Positions 37,085 through 46,167 of a stretch of DNA of 64,000 nucleotides are shown here, piece after piece. Position 1 is the stretch's first letter. Each line of letters opens with the position of its first letter. Under the pieces are notes generated by a model. It was not told the origin of the DNA, ran no database searches, and saw only the letters and a program-made list of their open reading frames with translations. Both the position numbers and the translations under genes were made by a program. Origin of the DNA: an uncultured delta proteobacterium (lineage in GTDB: Bacteria > Desulfobacterota > Desulfobaccia > Desulfobaccales > 0-14-0-80-60-11); the NCBI GenBank assembly GCA_963739295.1, contig CAVTZS010000009.1:45948-109947 (forward strand), given 5' to 3'.

Positions 37085-37831
37085 ATGTACCACCCGGTGG
37101 AATTGGCCCGGCACACTGCCGAGATGGTGTGCCGCCAAAAGCAGCGGAAATATTATCGCTTCCGGCCAGCCCGGTTTTATGGCGGCATTGCCACGGCCGA
37201 TTGCCTGGGATGCAACCTGCGCTGCGCCTTCTGTTGGGCTTGGGGCCAGCTCCATCAGGCCCACCGTTTAGGCCGGGCCTATCTGCCCCAGGAAGTAGCC
37301 TGGCGGTTGGGAGAAATCGCCCGGGGAAAGACCTTCTCCCAGGTGCGCCTCAGTGGTAACGAGCCCACCTTGGCCATGGCCCATCTCCTGGAAGTCCTGA
37401 GTCACTTACCCCCAGGGCTGGATTTCATCTTGGAAACCAATGGCATCCTCCTGGGGGCTGAATCCCGGTGGGCCAGGGAATTGGCCGCCTTCCCCCAAGT
37501 TTTTGCCCGGGTCAGCCTCAAAGGTTGCACTCGGGAAGAATTCTCCTGCCTCACGGGGGCGGTGCCAGAGGGGTTTGACCTGCAGCTCCAGGCGCTGGAG
37601 AACCTGCTGGCCGCCGGCGTGGAATGCCACCCCGCGGTCATGGTGAGCTTTTCTCCTCCAGAATCCCGAGAAAGCCTGAGGCGTCGCCTCGCCCTCATTC
37701 ACCCGGCATTTGGCGATTTCGAGGTGGAGGAACTTATCCTCTATCCGGCGGTGGTGCAGCGGTTAAACCGCCAGGGTCTCTCTTACTTTGGCGGTTATCC
37801 TCCTTCGGAACTGCCGCCGGAGCAAATCTGA
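37085..37831 (+). CDS. radical SAM protein (small, unassigned subfamily)
   Basis: 248 aa. CX3CX2C in LGCNLRCAFCWAW, then SGNEPTL and ETNG blocks. Confidence 0.7.
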   Translation: MYHPVELARHTAEMVCRQKQRKYYRFRPARFYGGIATADCLGCNLRCAFCWAWGQLHQAHRLGRAYLPQEVAWRLGEIARGKTFSQVRLSGNEPTLAMAHLLEVLSHLPPGLDFILETNGILLGAESRWARELAAFPQVFARVSLKGCTREEFSCLTGAVPEGFDLQLQALENLLAAGVECHPAVMVSFSPPESRESLRRRLALIHPAFGDFEVEELILYPAVVQRLNRQGLSYFGGYPPSELPPEQI

Positions 37832-37915
37832 GGCCGGCCCGCTAAAAAATAATAAGGGGTTTCTTTATTGGCTTACCCGCGTTGGCCCTGGGAAAGAGAT
37901 TACTAGGAGGCGCTG

Positions 37916-38215
37916 ATGAAGCTGGTAATCAAGGTGATAGAGATCAAAGGCAACTGCCCGGTATATAAAGTGGGCGACCAAATAGTCCTGAGAGATGGCT
38001 ACATTTTGGACCCTGGGGCAACCGACCCGGTATGCATGAATTCCTTGGCTTCTCTAATGCCCTATTATGTCGCCCTGTCCAGAGGCATGAAACCCAAAGA
38101 CCTGGGCCTGGCCCGAGGAGACTCGGAAGAAGCCTACTTGCAGTGCCTGGATCCCTGCGAGATTACCGGCGGGGGTACGGTGCTCCTGGAGGTTAGCCGG
38201 GTAAGCGAAACGTAG
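37916..38215 (+). CDS. small conserved hypothetical protein (resembles the TIGR04076 family)
   Basis: 99 aa. IKGNCPVYKVGD...VCMNSLASLMPYY...CLDPCE pattern. Family name is from memory only. Confidence 0.5.
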   Translation: MKLVIKVIEIKGNCPVYKVGDQIVLRDGYILDPGATDPVCMNSLASLMPYYVALSRGMKPKDLGLARGDSEEAYLQCLDPCEITGGGTVLLEVSRVSET

Positions 38216-38227
38216 CATCGGACTTTC

Positions 38228-38968
38228 ATGGAAATCTCAGAGATAACCGCCAAGACCGCCCTGGTCAGGTCGAGAATCCCAGGAGTGGATTATGTGATCA
38301 ACCCGTATCTGGGTTGCGGCCATGGCTGCCGGTACTGCTATGCGGTTTTCATGCGGAAATACTCTCGCCATCATCCCAGGGCCCCCTGGGGAAGCTTTGT
38401 AGAGGTAAAGATAAATCTCGTCGAGGTCCTGCGTTCCGAACTCCAAAGAAAAAGGGCGCGGGGCCGGGCCTTTCTTTGTAGTGTCTGCGATCCCTATCAG
38501 CCAGTTGAGCTCAGATACCGGTTGACCCGGAGATGCCTGGAAACCTTAAAAGAGTTTGGCTGGGGTATCAATATCCTGACCCGATCTCCTCTGGTCACCC
38601 GGGATCTTGATATTCTGTCGGCTACCCCCCATGTGACCGTGGGGTTTTCCATCCCCACGGACCGGGAGGAGGTGCGGAAGATTCTGGAGCCCAATTCTCC
38701 CCCCATCGGGGCTCGCCTGAGCACTTTAAAAAGATTGCATGAGGCAGGCATCCATACCTGGGTATTCATTGCGCCGATGCTGCCCATGAATCCCCTCAGG
38801 CTGATGGAAGCTATAAAGCCATATATAAATCATTTAATGGTCGATTCCCTGAACTACCGGCACCAAGTCAAAGAGATCTTCCGCCGGAACCAGTGGGATT
38901 ACGCCCTTACTGACCAGTATGCTTCGGAGACGGGCGCTGCCTTGCTCCGCATGTGGGAGGAGAAGTAA
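38228..38968 (+). CDS. radical SAM protein, SplB/DNA-photolyase-like (COG1533 type)
   Basis: 246 aa. INPYLGCGHGCRYCYA motif near the N-terminus, typical of this subgroup. Confidence 0.75.
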   Translation: MEISEITAKTALVRSRIPGVDYVINPYLGCGHGCRYCYAVFMRKYSRHHPRAPWGSFVEVKINLVEVLRSELQRKRARGRAFLCSVCDPYQPVELRYRLTRRCLETLKEFGWGINILTRSPLVTRDLDILSATPHVTVGFSIPTDREEVRKILEPNSPPIGARLSTLKRLHEAGIHTWVFIAPMLPMNPLRLMEAIKPYINHLMVDSLNYRHQVKEIFRRNQWDYALTDQYASETGAALLRMWEEK

Positions 38969-39044
38969 GGTGGCCTCATCTTTGCAAGCTTTGAGATTTA
39001 ATCCTCCGCTACTTCACCTGGTGGTTGTTTGGAGGTAACCTAGC

Positions 39045-39248
39045 ATGACTCTCAGGGGCCGGGAAGGCTTCAGACTAACCGTCACTGATCCGGGCTATCT
39101 GGTGGCCAATGCTACCGATAAGTTAAGTAAGAATAAGACCTGGCTGAGACAGGTCAATGAGTCCTTGGATGAAGAGTTTAAAGGTCTAGCACCCGGATTG
39201 AAAGCCGAGGGGAAGGTGATTTTCGTCAGCTCCGCAGTAAATTTCTAG
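39045..39248 (+). CDS. hypothetical small protein
   Basis: 67-aa ORF in an intergenic gap. No motif. Weak support. Confidence 0.3.
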   Translation: MTLRGREGFRLTVTDPGYLVANATDKLSKNKTWLRQVNESLDEEFKGLAPGLKAEGKVIFVSSAVNF

Positions 39249-39355
39249 CTGTCCTTTCTTCGGCATTTTGTTACAATTTTTGCATGGTGGTTCCTTCATG
39301 CCAGATTCTCTCGAATCGGTAGGATGAACCGCCAGCCGTTCCTTAGAGATACCTT

Positions 39356-40378
39356 ATGAATCTTGCCCGGGAAAATCTGCTCCAAGACCTAGGTCGGCTA
39401 GTCATCTGGTACCCGTTTCGCTGGCTCACCAGATTTTTACCTGTGCCGGCTAACCTGGCCATTTACGAAGCTTTCGGAGACCTGGCTTATCATATTTATT
39501 CACCCAAGCGGGCTTTGATTACCCGGCGTCTGGCCCAAGCATTTCCCCAAATGGGGTCGGCGGCGCAGTCGGCTGAGGTCCGGGCCAGTTTTCGCAACTA
39601 TTTCGTGGATCGCTTTATTATCAACCTGTTACCGAGCCTGGACCGCACTCACATTGATCGCTTGGCCGTTTTGGAAGGGGAGGAGCATCTCCGCCAAGCG
39701 CAAGCCCGGGGCCGCGGGGTAATCTTAATCCATGCCCATTTTGGGATCAGCCAGTTACCCTTGATATACCTGGGTTACAAAGGCTACCCCATGGCCCAAA
39801 TGGGGTTGCGGGTCGATATGGGCACCAGTGTTATCGGCAAGAGAACCCAAAGGTTGCGCATAAAGATCGAAGAGCAGATGCCCGTGACCCATTTTTACGC
39901 GGATAATTATCTCCGCCCGGTTCTTCGCTGGCTGGAGAATGGCAATATCCTCATGACCGCGGGAGATGGGACCGGCGGGGGACGCTACATCGGCAAGTTC
40001 CACCAGGCTTCCCTTCTGGGCCACCCCCTGGACATGCCCCTGGGGCCCTACCGCCTGGCGGCGGCGCAACAATCCCCCATCCTCCCCATAATTGCCCTGC
40101 GCCAGGGCCGGGGATTTTACCGCATAATCATCCATCCGCCGCTGCCCTTGGAACGTAATGCCGAATCTACCCAGAGACGTTTCGTCACGTGGTTTGAACA
40201 TTATCTCACTCTCGCTCCTGGACAATGGCACTTTTGGGATGAATGGGACCTGGAGCACCCGCCAGATTATTCTAGACCACCCCAAGAACAAGGGGAAGAC
40301 AGGCCAGCCAAAGCCCGAATGGTCCCCGAGACCTTACCCCCAATGGAAGATATGCAAAAAATTATCAATGCAGGCTGA
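39356..40378 (+). CDS. LpxL/HtrB-like (lysophospholipid/lipid A) acyltransferase family protein
   Basis: 340 aa. Layout and the GRGVILIHAHFGISQ (HX4-type) block resemble lauroyl acyltransferases. Clear paralog of 50789..51832. Confidence 0.65.
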   Translation: MNLARENLLQDLGRLVIWYPFRWLTRFLPVPANLAIYEAFGDLAYHIYSPKRALITRRLAQAFPQMGSAAQSAEVRASFRNYFVDRFIINLLPSLDRTHIDRLAVLEGEEHLRQAQARGRGVILIHAHFGISQLPLIYLGYKGYPMAQMGLRVDMGTSVIGKRTQRLRIKIEEQMPVTHFYADNYLRPVLRWLENGNILMTAGDGTGGGRYIGKFHQASLLGHPLDMPLGPYRLAAAQQSPILPIIALRQGRGFYRIIIHPPLPLERNAESTQRRFVTWFEHYLTLAPGQWHFWDEWDLEHPPDYSRPPQEQGEDRPAKARMVPETLPPMEDMQKIINAG

Positions 40379-41528
40379 CCCGGCTCTCAATTCACCAAGT
40401 AATTTAAAGAAAATAATCTTTGCCTTATTAGACAGAGGATTTCGCTCTTTCCCTCCGGCCAGATTTTTCCCCTGTCTCTCTCCCCCTACCCACCTTTTTT
40501 TGTTGCGTACCCATGCCATCGGTGATGTCTTGCTCACCACCCCGGTTATCCGGGCCCTAAAGCAGGCCTGGCCCCAAACCCGGCTAACCATGCTGGTGGG
40601 TGAGAAGTCCCGCCCGATCCTGGAAGGCAACCCCTATATTGATAGGCTATTGTCCTTTCCCGAATCCTGGTGGTTTAATCACCAATTTAGCCAGGTCTGG
40701 CGCCTGACCCGGACTCTGCGCCAATATCCCAAGGATGGTCTGATCCTTTTCCACGCCTCCCCCTTATTGCACCTCTGGGGCTTCCTGCTCAAAGCCCCCC
40801 TCCGGGTAGGTTTTGATAACCAGGGATCCGGTTTTTCCTTGACCCACAGAGTACCCCTGAGCACCCAGAGCCAACGTTACCTCGGAGATATAAATCTCGA
40901 TCTGGTCCGGATCTTAGGCCTGCCGGGGGGAAGTCTGGAATTGGACCTATTTATCCAGGGACCGGAGCTTCAGGCGGTAAAGCGATTCCTGCCCCGCCAG
41001 AACAAGCGGCAGTTGCTGGTGGGCATTGCGCCAGGGGGAGGCCAAAATCCCCTGGAACAAATCTCGGTCAAACAATGGCCAATGGACCACTATGTAAAAT
41101 TGCTCTTGGCCTTGTCACGATTATATCCCGTGGATTTCCTATTGCTCGGCGACCAGTATGATACCCAGGTCGATGAAATTGCTGCCCAGGTCTCTCAAGG
41201 AGGGGCCAAAGTAATTAACCTCAAGGGCCAAACTACCCTTCGAGAACTGGCCGCGCTGATTCATCACCTGGATCTCCTGATTACTAATGACTCTTCCCCC
41301 CTCCACATCGCGGTGGCCTTAAAGAAACCGGTCGTGGGACTGTTCGGCCCCACGGCGGCCAGGGCGCTTTTCCCTGGGGGACCTAATCGAGTGGCCCTGC
41401 AGAGCCCAGCCGCATGCAGCCCCTGTTACGCCTTTGGCCGTTTCCCCGGATGTTCCGCCCCTACCTGCATGGCCGCGATTACTGTGGAAAGCGTCACTCA
41501 GGCAGTGGAAGCTATTCTTGGCGAGTAA
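40368..41528 (+). CDS. glycosyltransferase family 9 (heptosyltransferase-like)
   Basis: Start taken at the ATG at 40368 (MQADPALN...), overlapping the previous gene by 11 nt. LLRTHAIGDVLLTTPVIRALKQAWP and LITNDSSPLHIAVAL blocks are typical of GT9. Confidence 0.8.
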   Translation: MQADPALNSPSNLKKIIFALLDRGFRSFPPARFFPCLSPPTHLFLLRTHAIGDVLLTTPVIRALKQAWPQTRLTMLVGEKSRPILEGNPYIDRLLSFPESWWFNHQFSQVWRLTRTLRQYPKDGLILFHASPLLHLWGFLLKAPLRVGFDNQGSGFSLTHRVPLSTQSQRYLGDINLDLVRILGLPGGSLELDLFIQGPELQAVKRFLPRQNKRQLLVGIAPGGGQNPLEQISVKQWPMDHYVKLLLALSRLYPVDFLLLGDQYDTQVDEIAAQVSQGGAKVINLKGQTTLRELAALIHHLDLLITNDSSPLHIAVALKKPVVGLFGPTAARALFPGGPNRVALQSPAACSPCYAFGRFPGCSAPTCMAAITVESVTQAVEAILGE

Positions 41529-42497
41529 GCCAGGCCAACATCTACTCCCCCCGGGACAACTTTATTTTCCTTGACAGAAGGGCTTTTGCTGGATAAATTT
41601 TCTTATCCTTTCGTTTTGATTAAAAGCTCCAGAAGAATTAAGGGAAAAGATAGAGCTGACCACTGCGGTCAAGTAATCCCCTCCGAGAAGGTGTAAAAAA
41701 CAATCCCCTTAGTAAAGGAACCACCTCTCAGGAGATGCATCCTTCCCTCCTTTTTTCAATGCAAAGCTAACCGTCCAGATGGAGAATCCAGTTGCGGCGC
41801 GATATTTCTAAGATAGCCAGTAGAATGTAAGCAGCTGGGAAAGTGCGGCCTTAAGCCCGTGACTTATACGCTACAATGGGGCCCTGAGGCCAACAAGCCG
41901 GCGGCCTTTTATATTATCAAAAACCTGCCCCAAGCCGATAACTAGGTTAAGGACATGAGGCCAGGGGCTCCGTCAAGGAGCCGTCGCTATGACTCGATAA
42001 AATCAGCAATATTTCCCGACCAGAGCCCTGGGTCAGCCAGGCCGTGCTTACTAAGCGGGATTTTCGATTTCCACCAGATTTTTTTTGATAATGGACTGGG
42101 CGACAACTTGAGCAAGATTGGAGTTCCTTTTCCCAGATTTTTTGCGCGCCCCCGGATGCCTTAATTTCTCCTAAAGAGCGGAAAGTTCGATAATTAAACA
42201 TTGAGATGGTATACCAATGACCGTCTGGAAAACTACCTCATGGGTCATAAGGTGCGGATGGCTCGCCCTAGCGTTCGCCATTTTCTCTGCCAGCTCTATG
42301 GGAGACGATGCCCGAGAATTTTGACCTTGGTGCGGGAAGTCCTACAGGAGCGCCATGTTTAGGGCAACGGACTTACCCCTGCCCAGCTTTGTTTAATTTT
42401 TTTGCCAACATGTTCCACTAGTTAAACCTCCACCTCTAAACAAAAGGTTATAAATAGCTAAGTATATAAATTTGCCAGATATTTTATTTCATACATC

Positions 42498-42513
42498 TGG
42501 TATGGCCCTTGCT
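42498..42513 (+). promoter_or_regulatory. candidate sigma54 (-24/-12) promoter of the AOR operon
   Basis: TGGTATG-GCCC-TTGCT. GG and GC are at the consensus spacing (TGGCACG-N4-TTGCW). Lies 265 nt upstream of the AOR ATG. Confidence 0.5.
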
Positions 42514-42778
42514 TCTCTGACTTGTAAGGCCTCGAGCGCTGGGGTCTCTATACCCTCAGCGACTGAACCTGGAATGGTGAGGTCAGGTTTCAGAACCTTC
42601 AACTACTAGAAGAGATTAGTTATACGGGGGAAAAGGAAAAAAGTGGCGCCGTATTGACCTTTTCCCTTGCCGTTTATACTGAAATTTGTTTAAACTTTAT
42701 AAGGGGGAAAGGAAGCATTATTACAGCAGCTTTTTTAGATGTAATTGGTATCTCCCTCCTGGGTGGGGGGGTGAATAA

Positions 42779-44671
42779 ATGTTGGACCGTCAAAAGATCT
42801 GCCATATAGATTTAGCCAAAGAAGAAAGTAAAGAAGAAGATATTACCGATGAATTGCGTTCTCAGTTTCTTGGTGGCAGAGGTATCAATATTTATCTTCT
42901 CTATACTCACACTACCTCTCAAACAAAAGCTCTTGATCCGGACAACCCCCTGATTGTCGGCGCTGGCTTACTTTCCGGTACTCCCGCTCCATGTGCTGCC
43001 CGCTGCTCCATCGCGGGCAAATCACCCGAGACAGGACTGTTGGGAGATTCAAATATCGGGGGGTTCTTTGCCGCCCAATTAAGGAAAACCGGCTATGACC
43101 ACCTATTGATTAAAGGGCAGTCACCCGAACCGATCTACATTTATTTAGAGAGAGGAAAAGTCGAAATCCGAGATGCTTCTCATCTATGGGGCAGAGATAC
43201 CTTAGAGACCATGAACTTCCTTAAGGAGGCGCATGGTAAATCAAGTGAATCCTTAGTGATCGGGCCCGCGGGAGAAAATCTGGTTAGGTTTGCTACAGTG
43301 AGGCATGGGAGGAAGAATACCGCGGGCAGAACCGGTCTCGGGTGTCTCATGGGGTCCAAGAAGGTTAAGGCTATCGTGGTCAAAGGAGACCGACCCCCGC
43401 TCCTGAAGTATCCCAAGGAGATGATCCCCTATTGCCGGGAGCTCACGCAAATCATTAAAGGAACCAGGACCACTGAAGTATTGCATCGCTACGGCACCCC
43501 GGTTCTCTTCGATTTGCATAACTTACGCGGCATTTTGAGAACCTTGAATGGCCAACTCAATCAGTTCCAAGAGGGACGCGGCTTAAGATCATCTCATCTT
43601 AAGACTTACTATACCAGGGCGAGCGGATGTTTTTCTTGTCCCATCAGATGCCAACATGGTTATAAGTTTCAAGATGGAGATAAGAGGGAGTTTGTTGGGG
43701 ACGGTTTGGAATATGGGGTAATTGGCGCCTTGGGACCAATCTGCGGCCTTAATAATTTGGCAAGTATTTTCGAAATTAATGATCTCCTTAATCGTTATGG
43801 GCTCGATGCCAGTTCTACGGGGAATATTATTGCCTGGGTGACGGAACTCTTTCAAAGGAGGATTATTACCGAAAGAGAGACTGGAGGATTATCATTAAAC
43901 TGGGGAGACGAAAAAGTTATTATTGAACTCATTAAACAAATGGTCGAGAGAAGGGGTTTTGGAAATTTACTGGCCCAGGGGGCAAAGGAGGCCTCAGAAA
44001 AATTAGGAGAGGCATCTAAAAAGTATTTAATCTGGTCCAAGTATCTTCCTCAGTCGGATTCGGTGGACTTAAGGGCCTATAGAGGATTCGCTCTGGGAGT
44101 TGCCACCTCTACCCGGGGAGCTGATCATTTGCGGAGTCGTCCTACCCTGGAGGCGCTGAATTTATCAAATGAGGAGTTACTCAAGGTCTACGGTAAGAGC
44201 GTCCCCAATGATCCCACCGCCTATCAAGAAAAGCCTTACATGGTCTGGTGGTCTGAGATTAATTTTGTTCTGGGAGACGCTTTGGGCATATGTCGATTTG
44301 CTCAGAAATTCAATAATATCAATCACCTGGGCATAGAGGAATTTTCCCAGTTAATTTATTACGCTACCGGGTTGTCTTTGTCATCGGAGGATCTTATCAG
44401 GATAGGAGAGAGAATTATAACCCTGGAAAGGATGTTTCTTAAGCGGGAGGGCATCGATCGGAGGAGCGATAGCCTCCCTGATAGATACTTCGATGAGCCT
44501 ATGCCCTCGGGACCGTTCCAGGGGGAGAGACTAGATCGGGATGCCTTTAACCAGATGTTAGATGATTATTATAGAATCCACCACTGGAATTTAGCTACGG
44601 GGAACCCCACGCCAGATGTAGTCAAGAGTTTAGGCTTGGCGGCGGTAGTGAAAGAGGAGGAAATGTGGTAA
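42779..44671 (+). CDS. aldehyde:ferredoxin oxidoreductase family (tungstopterin enzyme)
   Basis: 630 aa. N-terminal FLGGRGINIYLLY...DPDNPLIVGAGLLSGTPAP...SIAGKSPETG...IRDASHLWG. [4Fe-4S] ligands CFSCPIRC plus a later LGICRF. C-terminal DSLPDRYFDEPMPSGP. Confidence 0.9.
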   Translation: MLDRQKICHIDLAKEESKEEDITDELRSQFLGGRGINIYLLYTHTTSQTKALDPDNPLIVGAGLLSGTPAPCAARCSIAGKSPETGLLGDSNIGGFFAAQLRKTGYDHLLIKGQSPEPIYIYLERGKVEIRDASHLWGRDTLETMNFLKEAHGKSSESLVIGPAGENLVRFATVRHGRKNTAGRTGLGCLMGSKKVKAIVVKGDRPPLLKYPKEMIPYCRELTQIIKGTRTTEVLHRYGTPVLFDLHNLRGILRTLNGQLNQFQEGRGLRSSHLKTYYTRASGCFSCPIRCQHGYKFQDGDKREFVGDGLEYGVIGALGPICGLNNLASIFEINDLLNRYGLDASSTGNIIAWVTELFQRRIITERETGGLSLNWGDEKVIIELIKQMVERRGFGNLLAQGAKEASEKLGEASKKYLIWSKYLPQSDSVDLRAYRGFALGVATSTRGADHLRSRPTLEALNLSNEELLKVYGKSVPNDPTAYQEKPYMVWWSEINFVLGDALGICRFAQKFNNINHLGIEEFSQLIYYATGLSLSSEDLIRIGERIITLERMFLKREGIDRRSDSLPDRYFDEPMPSGPFQGERLDRDAFNQMLDDYYRIHHWNLATGNPTPDVVKSLGLAAVVKEEEMW

Positions 44672-46167
44672 CCCTGGTGGAAATGTTAGAAAAAAATGCC
44701 ATGAATATCCCCGATAAGGTGGCCATAATCCATCATGATCTGAGGATAACCTATGGCGAGCTAAATAATCAGGTAAATCGATTGGCCCATGCCTTATTAA
44801 GTCTAGGGCTGAAGAAGGAAGATCGGATCGGTTTAATGTTACCCAGGATACCTGAATTAGTTATTACTTTCCTGGCCGCGGCAAAAGCCCAAGGTATAGT
44901 GGCTCCAATAAATTTTGAATTAAATAGTAGAGAAATCACAGCTCTCTTAGAAAATCTTTCTCCGAGTTTTTTAATTATTCACGAATTTTTTCTTGACCTT
45001 GCGAAGAAGACTCTTCCCCAGAACCTGAAAATACCAGTTATTGTGGTGGGGAATAAATGTGACGATAATTTTTACTGCTGGGATGATATTTTAAAAGATC
45101 GTAATCAACATAACCTTTCTCTGGAAGTTAAAGAAGATGATGTAGTTTATCTTAATTACACTTCTGGAACCTCAGGGGCTCCTAAAGGCGCCATTACCAC
45201 CCATTCTAATATCTTATGGAATACCTTGGCGTCAGTGGAAACCTTGAAGCTTACCCCTGACGACATCCATTTGTGTATGTTTGCCCCCTTTGCGCATCCC
45301 CACGAGCTTTTTGCCAGGCCTCTCTATTTAGGGGGGACCTTCGTTTTGCTGGAAACGATAAGACCAAAGTCCATCGCCAGGAGCATCTCTGAAAATGAAG
45401 TTACCTGTTTAATGGCCATAGCCCCCATACTTATGACCCTCATGGAAATTGCCAGATCAGGCCAATATGACCTAAGTTCTTTAAGGATTCCAGAGAGTGG
45501 CGGAATGCACACCCGGGTAGAACTTATTAAGCAATTTGAGCAGAGATTTGGAGTACCTATTCTGCCGGTCTGGGGCAGCACCGAAACCACGGGTATAGCC
45601 ATTGCCAATTCCCCTGATAAAGGAGTGGTATACGGTTCGGTAGGAAGACCCTGCAAATCTTATGAGGTGAAGATTGTGGGCGAGGACGGGAAAGAATTGC
45701 CTCCTCATAAGACTGGAGATTTGATTTTCAGAGGACCAGGTATAGTTAGCGGATATTATAATAATAGCGGGAATCCGGATTCTTTTAAAAATGGCTGGTA
45801 TTTTAGTGGAGATCTGGCGAAGAAAGATGAGGAAGGCAATTTTTACTTTGTTGAAAGAAAAAGCGGAATGTTGAAGGTGGCGGGCCTCCAGGTTTATCCT
45901 TTGGAAATTGAGTTAACCCTATTGCGCCACCCTGCTATAAAAGAAGCTGCAGTAATTGGTGTCGAAGATAATCTGAGGGGTGAGGTACCTAAAGCCATAG
46001 TTGTCCCAAATAATGAACATAAGCTAAAAGAGAGAGAGATAATCCAGTATTGTCTGGATAATATGGCTCATTATAAAGTACCCCGGGTAATTGAGTTTCG
46101 GGAAGAGTTACCCAAGATAGGAAGCGGGAAAATTAATAAAAAGGCGCTAAAATTGGAGATAACATGA
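44665..46167 (+). CDS. AMP-dependent acyl-CoA/acyl-ACP synthetase (ANL superfamily)
   Basis: 500 aa. AMP-binding motif YTSGTSGAPKGA, WGSTET, GDL...DEEGNFYFVERKS, and a terminal GKINKK. The GTG start overlaps the AOR stop by 7 nt (AGGAGG 8 nt upstream); an alternative ATG lies at 44683. Confidence 0.88.
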   Translation: MVTLVEMLEKNAMNIPDKVAIIHHDLRITYGELNNQVNRLAHALLSLGLKKEDRIGLMLPRIPELVITFLAAAKAQGIVAPINFELNSREITALLENLSPSFLIIHEFFLDLAKKTLPQNLKIPVIVVGNKCDDNFYCWDDILKDRNQHNLSLEVKEDDVVYLNYTSGTSGAPKGAITTHSNILWNTLASVETLKLTPDDIHLCMFAPFAHPHELFARPLYLGGTFVLLETIRPKSIARSISENEVTCLMAIAPILMTLMEIARSGQYDLSSLRIPESGGMHTRVELIKQFEQRFGVPILPVWGSTETTGIAIANSPDKGVVYGSVGRPCKSYEVKIVGEDGKELPPHKTGDLIFRGPGIVSGYYNNSGNPDSFKNGWYFSGDLAKKDEEGNFYFVERKSGMLKVAGLQVYPLEIELTLLRHPAIKEAAVIGVEDNLRGEVPKAIVVPNNEHKLKEREIIQYCLDNMAHYKVPRVIEFREELPKIGSGKINKKALKLEIT

